Below are positions 39,375-51,104 of a stretch of DNA of 64,000 nucleotides, one piece after another. Each line of letters starts with the position of its first letter. Within the stretch, counting starts at the first letter, position 1. The DNA is from Octopus vulgaris (taxonomy: Eukaryota). The notes below the pieces were generated by a model. That model had not been told where the DNA came from and searched no databases. It was given only the letters and a program-made list of their open reading frames with translations. The position numbers and the translations under genes are program-made. The stretch covers positions 68,324,001 through 68,388,000 of the forward strand of contig OX597828.1 of NCBI GenBank assembly GCA_951406725.2. The letters are read 5' to 3'.

Positions 39375-40070
39375 TTACATAACTTAAGAGATCAAATTTG
39401 ACTTCGTTCCAGAGCAAAGGTAAATACAATAAATAAAAACTGGAAACAAGTGAATCGGTAACAGCGGCAAAGCATTAACAAACACGTGAGCAATTAGGAA
39501 AAAACATTATGAAATTAAGGTTGGTTGGCCAGACTTTGAATTGAGCTGACAAAAAAACATTGACCTTGATGTAGTCACGTTTCGCGCACGTGTTTCATAA
39601 ATTGCGCCTGTAGAAAGCGACCAAGAAACACTATTACTGAACTCATTAATCTGTTTTACACCTTTTAAATATTTTTTTCTTCTTTGCTACAAATAATATT
39701 TTATGCAGTCCATTGAGTACAGACATATGTTTTTTGTGCAGTGTCGTTTTTACTTTTGTGTAATAATATTTACGAAGAAGATAACATGAAACTTATTTCT
39801 AATGTAAGTGACGTCATTACGGAACGGTTAATCTAAAAGAAGGAATGTTTCTTATTTCGATCTTCTAGGGTAGCTTGGAATTTGTTTTTATTTTTCCGCA
39901 GCTGTTAAGAAAAAGTATTAATAATACAAAACAACTATAAGTTTCCGCGAAACCTGTGTTTCGTTAATAACAGTTGTTGCTCTCGCTGAAGTCGGTATAT
40001 TTCCAATGACGATAAAAAAAAATTACGCAAAACGATATATAAGAACTACAAATTTTTATAAATTCACGTG
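39375..40070. promoter_or_regulatory. Duplicated candidate clock enhancer, copy B (proximal)
   Basis: TTACATAA 39375, CACGTG 39483, TGACCTTGA 39561, CACGTT 39576 plus CACGTG 39587, TGACGTCA 39809, extra CACGTG 40065. Confidence 0.6.
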
Positions 40071-40136
40071 TTTGTGATGACAGCACCAGTTACATGCTTT
40101 CGTATTGCGTTGTCAGATAAATTCGTTCGTTTCTTA

Positions 40137-40187
<51 letters not shown>

Positions 40188-40189
40188 TT

Positions 40190-40440
40190 TGGTTTTACAT
40201 CCCCTCAACAACTTTTGTGTAGCATTTATAAAATTCTAATAAATTTTTACTTTCAGGCATATGACGATGACGGACCAGGTAGTAAATAATGAGCAGTTTT
40301 GGCACCTGCTTCTCTTCATTTTCGATCAAGTTTCTCAGACTGACAAAGCCACTCGAGGCATTTATGTTGTGTACGGAGAATATGCTATTACTGGAAGAAC
40401 TGCACAGATATGGCTTCAACCGTATCGTTTCTGTCAAAAG
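40190..40440 (+). mobile_element. mariner transposase N-terminal remnant
   Basis: EQFWHLLLFIFDQ...KATRGIYVVYGEYAITGRTAQIW resembles the mariner helix-turn-helix N-terminus. Confidence 0.72.
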
Positions 40441-41929
40441 ACCGACCACTTACAATCCCTGTTTTGTTTTGTAGTACTTTCGTTACCATCCTCGAACACA
40501 CTTATTTTTCCTATACTTCTTCGATATTCGCATGCACCTGTCTACCCTCTGGCAGCTGAAACATGTTGTTTGAAATCGCTGGATACAACAATATCGTTAT
40601 TGGTATCGAAATTGTTGTATTGACTGCCAGTCTGACAGACCTTTACATAAGCTTGTGCTGTGTTTTGGTTTTCTCTTTCAAGTTATTCTGGTGTCCTTCT
40701 GTTCCACCTTTTCACGCACACATATACACAAACATACATGTATATGAGATTGTGTATGTGTGTAGAAGAAAAAAAAGATACCTACTGATAGGGATACTCA
40801 CTACTACCAGTAAAATTTAGAAAATTCGTTTGATCAGGTGAAAGTTGAAAACCTTCACTTGAACACTTTCACCTGAATAAACTGCCAAGCGAAACTCAAA
40901 GTCCATGTCTGAACAAATTTCCTAAGTATGTGTGGGTTTCTGTGTGCATGTGTGTGGGCGCGCGCAATGTTTGCTTCTGTGAGTATGTATATGCATATTG
41001 CATGTATGTGTGTGTATGTACGTGTATGGAATCTTTTCGCTTCATTTTGAAAATCTGCCGGTCAAAGCGATAAGATCCCGTGTATGTATATTATAGATAT
41101 GTTACATGACCGTAGGCAGTAGAAATCTAGTTCATCTAAATAATATATCGAATCACCGGGAGTGCACATTTCAACTCGAATTCGGTGCTATGAGTATAAT
41201 CTATATCAATTAAACAAACGAAACGAATGAACCTTGAACTGGCAGAGTTGATAAAGCGCCAGAGAAAATAAATATGTCATTTTTCTTAGATGTTTGAGGT
41301 CAATTTCGTTATGCACCTTTAGCAATACAGTACCAATCCAGGGTTATGGTTTTGCATTATTGTCAAAATGTGGGTCGAAATTCCTTACTGCCGTTTACCT
41401 TCTGAAGACAACACCAATGATGACATTAGTACCAACCTTTATCTTAGTGAGAAATTTGAAGGATGTAAAATTTCTCTGCAAGCGTAGGTCTAAAGATACA
41501 TAGACTTTAGGTCAATAAGATAGATAGCTGAAACCTGATTTTCTTTCAAGCTTGTTAAAAAGTTCTAGAATACTCCATGGGACCTTTAGGCGCAAAATTA
41601 AACTTTTCTTATTTGTTAACACCTTCAGAAAACTGGCGCCAAAGACGATCGGCTGGAAAAAATGTCAATAGGTGTTATAAGGGAGTTCAAAGATATAATC
41701 AAAATTAGCTCTGGTCAATATTATCAAATATCATTAATCGTTTGTGGATATTATCTCTATTCAACATTTTACCGAATATAGTAATATTATTTGCCAGCGG
41801 TTTTGACTTTCGAACTCAAACATTCCAAACATGCATACAAATACATACACACACACATACGTTCAGACTAATTCGATGAAGTAATTTAATTGCCATAGTC
41901 ATCATCAAAACATTGGGAAGATGCAGATC

Positions 41930-42870
41930 TTGTATCAACACTTTCTATCTCCGGGCCCCACTCCCCTCTTCGATCGGTAGCCCCCTATCTGATCGCGCTA
42001 TCCAATACTGTAGTATGTGTTGACAGGACTATTCCTGCACCACTCTCAGTCAACTCTGATGTTACCCAGGTTCGGTTCTGACCCTCACTCTTTTCTTTCA
42101 AAACCGCAATAACCCACTTAGCGCCACATTCAGCAACGCCCATACTTTGGCTGATGATATAGCTCTTCAATCCTTCCTAACTTTCACCGGTTATGCATCA
42201 TCCACACGCAACCTAAACGCCACACACTAAATCTGCCTGGATTCCATAAACGGAAACCTCGAGAGAATTTCCAGTGCAGTGAAACCAATCTTATCCAACT
42301 TAAAACCAAATCTCAAGCACTACTCATATGAACAAAACAGACCTACACCATACCTCCCCGAAAACATAGGCGGCACTCAGCCAGAGCCTTCGCATATGCT
42401 CCAAATGTTAGTCCCAACTGAGGATCTCTCTTGGCGAAAGCACCTTACCATAGCTAGGGCTGCATCCCAAAGACTGGCTCGTCTTTTCAAAGCTAGGAAA
42501 TATTTCAGTCCCAAACTGCTGCTGATGCTCTTCGAACCTTAAAAGAGGTCCACAATAGAATACTTGCTCCCATATTTGGCACGGTGTCGCTGCTATGTTA
42601 CATATATGTGCTAGTTTGCATCAGAAAAGGGTCACTCGATTGAGATACAATCACTAATTGACAGGTTCCAAAATAAAAACACATTGGTGTGTTTTTATTT
42701 TCTATATCGCCACCGTAATTCTATGTTCCACGGTGCTGGCTCGTCTTGTGCCTCCGAGACTGCTGACTCACTCGTTGCGACCATTTACCTGGCTCTGCAT
42801 TTTCTTCTCGCTCAAATGTTTCCTGCAGGTGTTGACCTGTAACAGTTTAAGTAGAACATTAACGACTTGC
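41930..42870 (+). mobile_element. Decayed CR1/Jockey-group LINE RT fragment
   Basis: VNSDVTQGSVL (GVPQGSVL-like) at about 42050 and LADD at about 42150; RLARLFKARKYFSP. Confidence 0.7.
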
Positions 42871-43087
42871 ACGGTCAGGAGCGCTATCTCTTCTTTCACC
42901 CACATTCCCCCACAAAATACATACAATCTCTAAGGAAAGCAGCCACATTAAAACACTATCAACTTTTAAAAAAATGGTTCCATGTATTGGATAATGTAGT
43001 TTTAAATGAAATAAAACTGCTGGTTGTGGTTAGGTCTTTGATCCTAAGTTTGTTCGAAGCTGACCAGCGGCTAAACAAGGTAAATGT

Positions 43088-44065
43088 GGTACTACTAGCG
43101 CACAGTGGTCCCGGTGCGCGCACTCGCGCATCCGCGCTAGCTAGTCGCGACTAGTTGATCCTACAACGACTACCTAGCAAAGTAAATAAGACACAAAATA
43201 AATAATTTTGGGTGTGTGGTAAGTAGCTTGTTTACCAACCACATGGTTCCGGGTTCAGTCCCACTGCGTGGCACCTTGGGCAAGTGTCTTCTACTATAGC
43301 CTCGGGCCGACCAAAGCCTTGTGAGTGGATTTGGTAGACGGAAACTGAAAGAAGACCGTAGTATATATGTATATATATATGTATGTTTGTATGTGTGTGT
43401 TTGTCCCCCTAGCATTGTTTGACAACCGATGCTGGTGTGTTTATGTCCCCGTCACTTAGCGGTTCGGCAAAAGAGACCGATAGAATAAGTACTGGGCTTA
43501 CACAGAATAAGTTCCGGAGTCGAATTGCTCGATTAAAGGCGGTGCACCAGCATGGCCGCAGTCAAAATGACCGAAACAAGTAAAAAGAGAAAAAGTTGGT
43601 CGTGTGGTAAGTAGCTTGCTAACCAACCACATGGTTCCGGGTTCAGTCCCACTGCGTGGCATCTTGGGCAAGTGTCTTCTGCTATAGCCCCGGGCCGACC
43701 AATGCCTTGTGAGTGGATTTGGTAGACGGAAACTGAAAGAAGCCTGTCGTATATATGTATATGTATATAAGTGTGTGTGTATGCGTTTGTGTGTCTGTGT
43801 TTGTCCCCCTAGCATTGCTTGACAACCGATGCTGGTGTGTTTACGTCCCCGTCACTTAGCGGTTCGGCAAAAGAGACCGATAGAATAAGTACTGGGCTTA
43901 CAAGGAATAAGTCCTGGGGTCGATTTGCTCGACTAAAGGCGATGCTCCAGCATGGCCGCAGTCAAATGGCTGAAACAAGTAAAAGAGTAAAAGAGTATTA
44001 CTAGCTAGCGCGGATGCGCGAGTACGCGAGTGCGCGCACCGGGACCACTGTTCGCTAGTAGTACC
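43088..44065. mobile_element. Merlin-like MITE (GGTACTACTAGCG family) containing two family B SINEs (43214-43590, 43600-43995)
   Basis: TIRs GGTACTACTAGCG...CGCTAGTAGTACC; perfect 8-bp TSD gtaaatgt at 43080-43087 and 44066-44073. Confidence 0.9.
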
Positions 44066-44073
44066 GTAAATGT

Positions 44074-44400
44074 AACAGTCACACGCAATCATAGTGCGAC
44101 GACTTTTGATAAACTTTCTCGCAGTGTGTCTAGATGAAAAGAAGAAGGAGAAGAAGAAGAAGAAGGAAAGCCAGAAAGGCGAAGTCAATTAAATGAATAG
44201 GTTGCACTTCCCAGCAGCAGCAGCAACGTATGTCATCCAGTTTGTAAAACAGAGAAATTCACAACCACTTTCTCTCAACACGGACGATGCAACGTGACTT
44301 TCACTAAGTCACGTGCTGCCAACCGACGAATCGCGTCGCTCCCTTTCCCTCACTTCGCCAACAGAGTCGCGCTTTTGCTTTCTCTTTTTTACAAAGAACA
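44074..44400 (+). promoter_or_regulatory. Probable Cry proximal promoter with an E'-box/E-box pair
   Basis: CpG-enriched unique sequence 0.6-0.9 kb upstream of the ATG; AACGTG at 44291-44296 and CACGTG at 44310-44315. Confidence 0.6.
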
Positions 44401-44971
44401 TTACCGCATACTTCATGTCGTTTAGGGTGCTTCATCACTATCATCGCTTCCTACACTAACTCAATGGTTTCATATTAGACTCAATTATTCATTCCTGACC
44501 ATTGCAGACATTATACAAACAACATACAACGTGCGTGAATGTATGAATGAAGGCTGCAAGTCTAAGCGATAGCAAGAAGGCAACCGAAAAGCAAGTGCGA
44601 CGTTGGATATATTGCATTATATTCGGTTTTAGGATTAATTTTTTCCCCTTTCAAATAAGCAGCCAAATCACATCAACAATGAGGCGTTTACTACATAATA
44701 CAATCGGTGACCAGTCTGGGACATAAAGAATATTCGCTTTGGATTATACTTTTATTCACAATCCTAATTCTTTATATCCATTGGAATACTTGATCGTTGT
44801 TGTTTTCGTGTTCATCTCTCTTTCTATCTAAATTCCCTGCACAATCAATATACACCGCATTATTATCTATTTATTTTATATAAATCTCATATACCGTCTA
44901 CAGCAAGTGTTCAATTACACACATATATATATACATCTATATCTTACATAAAAAAATCCATCATCTCAATT

Positions 44972-45141
44972 ATGTCTAATGAATCGGGTAAACATGTCAT
45001 TCATTGGTTTCGCAAAGGGTTGCGCCTTCACGACAACCCGGCGCTAATGGAAGCTTTGAAGGGTGCCACAACTCTTCGATGTATTTACACATTGGACCCA
45101 TGGTTTGCTGGATCCTCGCAAGTTGGAATTAACAAATGGGG
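44972..45141 (+). CDS. CRY: Mammalian-type (repressor) cryptochrome, coding exon 1
   Basis: ATG at 44972: [56 protein letters not shown], then GG|GTAAGT (phase 2). [15 protein letters not shown] and LDPWFAGSS are signatures of vertebrate CRY1/2 and insect CRY2. Confidence 0.97.
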
Positions 45142-46920
45142 GTAAGTTGTTTTTTCAGTGTTGTTAATTTGTCTACCGAAATGGACGAACCTTAAAAAAA
45201 AACGTAAGTTTTGTTGTTGTTGTTTTCGATCGAATACCCCTTTCTTCTGACATTGATTACAATGTATCACCGTTTGTTAAGGTTGTCATAATATTTCGTT
45301 AACTTTTTCCCTCGATATTGACAAACTAGTTCATTTTTTTTAAAAGTTAAACTATCAAATTTCGACAGACTTTTGAAATCGCGGTTCCTTAAAGTCCCAT
45401 ATTGCTTGCAGAAGGAAAAAGGAGCAAAAATGCGAAAGATTAAAATTTTGGGGAAAAACTATTATTTTTTTTTTCAGAATCGCCATTTTCATTGTGTGAA
45501 ACACTGGAATATTAAAATCATTGTGTAAGGTATAAATAATGATGACTCCAAAACTCTCTCCGCCTGGATTTCATGACGCCATTAACATAATACGTTCATC
45601 AGGCTTAAAAGTGGTTCCACTTTGATAAATGTACGGGGCATCGGTTTAATTTTGAACAGCATTAGAGAGAGGTCTTACAGGTTTTTCGAAATCATATCAC
45701 TGACATTTTAGCCTGTGTCGGTTGATCTCTGAACGAAATAGAAATGAGATCCCCAATATGTAATAAAGTGGCTTTCCTGAATTAACGAAACGAATAAATA
45801 CGTGGTTACAGGTAAGTTTAAAAGGCAACTGGCAGAATCGTTAGCCTCAGAGAAAAAGATTTACATTATTTACTCTGGTCCTTGATGTTCTGAGTTCGAA
45901 TTTTGTTGGAGTCAACTTTGTCTTTCATCCTTTCGGAGGAATAAATTAAAATGCCAGTGAAGCACTCTGGTCGGTGGTAAGTTCTGAGTTCAAATTCCGC
46001 CGAGGTCGACTTTGCCTTTTATCCTTTCGGGGTCGATAAATTAAGTACCAGTTACTCACTGGGGTCGATATAATCGGCTTAATCCGTTTGTCCCCTCTGT
46101 GTTTAGCCCCTTGTAGGTAGTAAAGAAATAGGTATCGACTTACCCAAGCCGGTGGAGCTGGACAACAGTCGTCCTCATCCCCACAGACTGAGCTTTCGGA
46201 ATTTGTTTTGGTGGTGGGGTTTGACTGTCGTCCCGCTCCACCCCCAAGCCTCTGAGAATTTACCTAAATCGGTAACAATTGTTACAGGTAATGTTGTTAT
46301 TATAGGTTTTTATTTTCGTTACTTTACACCATCATTAAGTAAGACTAGTTAACTTATGCTATCTTTGTTAAACACAAAACAAAGCAAAAAGTATTAAAAC
46401 TGTTTACGAGAAGTCAGCGAGCACGGGTCACTATTTGAACATTTTCGGAAATGAAAGAAAAAAAAAAGTAAAAATAAAAAACTGGATTGTGTCCTTAAAG
46501 TATTTCGTAATTCAGAGAAGTCAAGTTATTATGCTCGTATCCCGAGGTCCCCTTCCAAAATGACGCCCCGAAGTTTTATGATACATCTTTCTTCATTTCT
46601 GTTCAGTCTAACAAATTAACAATGATCTCTCTTATATAGCATCCTATTATTATCCTTTTGCACCTGGGATGCCTTAAAGGGAATATGTTGACCATTTAAC
46701 ACTCTGGCTGTCAGGCGTGGTTAGGTAGTGTCTTAAAGCTTAGGACCTTAGCTACTTATTTATTTTATGCATCTTTGTGAGATGTGTATTCAGGGAGAAG
46801 CCTTACTATACTTTCTTTTTCCTTTTCTGCTTTCTGGAAACAAACAAAAAAACAAAACATTGTCTTATATCTGGTATTGACACAAATTATTGAAATAACT
46901 TAAGTAGGAGAAATATTTAA

Positions 46921-47497
46921 CACCCGGCAACCAAAAAGAAAAACAACCCCTAAAAACAAGTGTAATAGGTGTAAAAAAAATGTATTAAACAAATTTGAAA
47001 AAAGTTGCGCCAACGAATCGTGGGGTGGAGAAAGGACTTTCGGAAAATTCACAAGATCCGATTTTTTCAATCATAGGAAAATGGATATCTTTCAATGAAA
47101 TTTTATATAAATACCTTTCAAACGGCATAGATTATGATTATAAAGAAATTTGCGGGGAAAATGTTTTTCTGAGAGGATGGGGAGAGGACTTTCGAAGAGA
47201 AAGATAAATTATTATTTTTTTTGCTTGAGTGTAATGGAAAAAAGTTAAAAAAAATTTGGTTAATGTTTCCCCATAAATTTCTTTATAATCGTAATATATG
47301 TTGTTTGAAAGGTGTTTATATAAAATTTCATTGAAGATATCCATTTTCCTAAAAAATCAGGGAAAAAATCGGACCTTGTGAATTTTCCGAAATCCTCTCC
47401 CCACCCCCTGATTAGTTGGCGCAAATTTTTGTTTTCATATTAGTTTAATACACATTTTCTTTTACCCCCATTACACTCTTCTTTTGGTTGCTGGGTG
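46921..47497. mobile_element. Foldback MITE with about 250-280 bp inverted arms (piggyBac-like ends)
   Basis: TTAA|CACCCGGCAACCAAAAAGAA ... TTCTTTTTGGTTGCTGGGTG|TCAA; arms are complementary over most of their length. Confidence 0.8.
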
Positions 47498-47929
47498 TCA
47501 AAGTAAGCATTAACCCTTATTTTCCTAAATTTTCGTTGCTTCTTGCAACCTCTTCAGTAGTCGTTGACTCTTTTCGTAATTCCTTAAATACAAATAATTT
47601 AGAAGACACAATTTGTCAGTTAAAGCAAGAACAGTCGAAAGAAAACGGTAAAGTCCGACAATCTGAATGCACAAAGTACAAGTCTTCAATTTCCAATTGG
47701 TGCCAATTTTAATTTTCATATCATTTGAGACTAAGACGATGTTATATATTTCGGTTAAGATACCAAAATAAGTAAATTCTGGAAATCGAACCGGTGAGTG
47801 TGTTAATAAGACATTAAAACAGGACGACTCACCCCAGACACAAAATATTTATTGCAAGTTATCTTAGAAATAAAATTCTTTGAGGCCGCTTCCTCAAAGT
47901 TATCTCTCTTGACAATTCCTCCCGACGAG

Positions 47930-48440
47930 ACACTGTCATGTTCACATACATGGCACACATACACACACCTATAACATACAACAATCTCACACTATTCATA
48001 TACTCAGATACACTGTCAAACATACTGGTATGTACTTTTGTACTAATCGTCATGGACAGACTCCTAGCATTATACACACGGTCAATGTTGATACACTGAT
48101 ACAGACATAAACACACATGAAGTGTATATTGTCAGCGTGGTAAACATTTGGAGTAGATGCTGTCAACATGATATAGTGTAACAGATTGTATATGCAATAT
48201 GATATTGTGACACAGACAAAGTATAAATAGTCAGATCTACCGTAGCACATTTTACATGCAGACATGTATGCACTTGTGCAAGTTTTTGTATAACATTTTT
48301 ATTGATACATTTTCTCTCACATGTAGACATGTACGAGTTGATATTTTTGCATGTATCCACATACTAGAGCACATTTTACAAATACATGTGCACCATGACA
48401 TGGCATAATACATGTTTACACACGTGCACACATTCGGCCA
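47930..48440. repeat. Cryptic ACATGT/ACAT-rich low-complexity tract
   Basis: Recurrent acat/acatgt/gcacatttaca words; produces several spurious C/Y/M-rich ORFs. Confidence 0.55.
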
Positions 48441-49454
48441 AGAAATGGCAACTGCAGTTAAGAAATAACTCTTATGGCTGCTAATTTTATTAATACATTT
48501 TGATGGTAATGGCAGAAAAAGGCTAAAGATTTGGTACATTGGGTTTGCTAACTCCTGAAGGGTTGCAGGATTTATGATGAACTCTTGACATGATTTAAAT
48601 TACCCTCAAACTTAGAGACAGTTGAGGTTTCTTCACTTAATTTCTTGCATAGTCAAGGAAGACCGTTGTGTAATGTTGCTGATGTTAGTTTAGTCTTGCT
48701 GGTCACAAGGCAGCCTCAATAGTACTGATGACATTAAAACAGTGCCCGGTACACTTTGTAAAGTGATTGGTTTTAGGAAAGGCATCCAGTTATATAAACC
48801 ATTCCAAAAACTGAGACATTTTAGCAAGACCTGTCTTCTGACCTATTTGATCCTGTTGAAGTAAATATGAAAAGATGATAAATTTCTTCCTTGGTCCACC
48901 ATCATATCTATCTACCCAAGGGAAGAATCATCAGACATCCACTTAATGGGGTACCAGACACATAGACAGAACCTTATGACATATAAATAAATGTAGCAAA
49001 GGCTAAGTTTTTAATAAGAAGGAATAAAGACAAAGCTTTGGTATCTTCAGAGAAATGGCCTTGTTTGATATGTAGGACAAGTGCAGGTATAAACTCCATA
49101 TGCTGTGCCTAATGTAAGCTGTGGGCACATGTGGTACAGTGGACTCCCAGAATGTAAGCTTTATGTATGGGAGATGCACTGGGGCAGTACACCCTGGAAA
49201 TAATTTCACATAACCCATTAGCTCCAGATTATTTTGTCAAAATGTAATGTTTATTTATTTACATTTTTCTCAGTTAATCATGTATTATCTTGTAGCTTTG
49301 AGATATTCATGATGTGACTGTTTATTTTTAGAATGATGTAATAGTGTAGGTGTGAGAGGCTAGATCTCTCCAGGATTAACATTGAACAAGTAGAAAATTT
49401 GGTCTGGATAGGGTCGGTTTAGATGCTAAAGGGTTAAATGCCTGGATGGTTCAC

Positions 49455-50560
49455 TTGAAGTAGTTGATAGATTTTATTAATCTAGGACATGTAATTAGCA
49501 AGAGAGGTGGTTGCTCTGAAAGCCAGAGTAAGAATAGGTTGGAAAAAGTTCAGGAAGCTGCTACCACTGCAAGCAACAAAGGTCTTTTCCTTTAGAGCAG
49601 TGGTTTTCAAACATTGTTTTGCCTTTGGATCTTTTTGGGTCCTAGTTTACTCTTACTGGACCCTCATAGTCATTCATTGTTTAAAAACATCCTATTTTTA
49701 TTGTGGAATATTAAGAATTGTATAAAAAAAATTGTTAAAATATTTTGTGTACTGTAGAATTATAACCAATTTATTGCAGACTAGCACTATGACCCGGCAA
49801 CGCTGTGTCATAGTGCTAGTGCATGCATATACAGCTGTGTGTGTGTGTACGTACACGTGAGTACTGTCCAAATCTCCAACCAATCACATACAGCTAGCTG
49901 GCATTCAGTTGGTGTATCAAGTTTCAGGCATTTTGATTGGGTTTTGGATAGAAAATTCACAAAAAAGTCACTTTTATTGATTTTTTAATGGTTTTGCAGG
50001 GTGACTGGGGAAATGTAAGGATGTGCACGACCACCCTTGGATGGTTTTGAATGACCATAGAAAGTGCGAGCCTTCTAACTGAAAAAATGTGGATTTCTAT
50101 AAAGGACACACACACACAGACAGACATTTTGTCGTTTATATGTAGAGAGATAAAATTTTAATAAAATCTTATAGGGACCCTGGTTGAAAAGTACTGTTTT
50201 AGAGTGAAGGACAGATTGTATAACACTTCTGTTAAAACTGCAATACTGTATTGTAGTGAGACATGGGCCTTTTGAATGCAGAGGATTTGAGAAGGCTGGA
50301 AAGAAATGAAACCAACATGTTCCATTGGATTTGCAATATAGGTATGCATGAAAGACAAAGTAGAAATGTGCTGAAAGAAGAACAAGGCAGAATAGGATTT
50401 GGATTTAAGTGTGCAATAAAGAAGACTGTGTTAGTATGGACAGGAAATGCATATGGATGAGGACAGCTGTGTAAAGTCAATGAGTTTGTGGAAGAAGGAG
50501 ACCCTAGAAGACATGGAACAACATTGTCAAGGCTGATCTGTCAGGACCCTGAACTTCACA
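49455..50560 (+). mobile_element. RTE LINE fragment interrupted by a hAT MITE (49598-50196), itself interrupted by a Helitron-like element (49781-50150)
   Basis: ARVRIGWKKFRKLLPL..FSFR resumes as VKDRLYNTSVKTAILYCSETW after the MITE; TSD ctttagag/ttttagag; TIR CAGTGGTTTTCAA/TTGAAAAGTACTG. Confidence 0.85.
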
Positions 50561-50891
50561 GAAAACTCAGTTGTTTAGCCTTATGCGTTTCTTGAAAAGA
50601 CTAGTCTTCTTAGTGAAAGCTTGAGTTCCAGTAGCAACTTGTGTGTACATGGGTACATCATCTAACTGCAGCTCTTCCTTGATGTTACTTGGTTCTCCCC
50701 ATCAAAATATGCCTCTCACCTTCATCATGCTTATCTCTCTCTCTCTCTTCCTCACCCATTGCTACTACATCCACATCATGCTATCTTTCTCATTCTTCTC
50801 ATGTCATTTTCTATTCTCGACATATACTTCCTCACTAACTTATTGCATCATTTGTAGTCACTTACTTTCTTCGCCTATTCCGCCCCCATAC

Positions 50892-51104
50892 CTATTTCTT
50901 TACTACCCACAAGGGGCTAAACACAGAGGGGACAAACGGATTAAGTCGATTACATCGACCCCAGTGCGTAACTTGTAATTCATCGACCCCGAAAGGATGA
51001 AAGGCAAAGTCGACCTCGGCGGAATTTGAACTCAGAACGTAGCGGCAGACGAAATACGGCTACGCATTTCGCCCCGGCGTGCTAACGTTTCTGCCAGCTC
51101 GCAG
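50892..51104 (-). mobile_element. Family A SINE
   Basis: Near-identical to 11925-12153. Confidence 0.85.
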
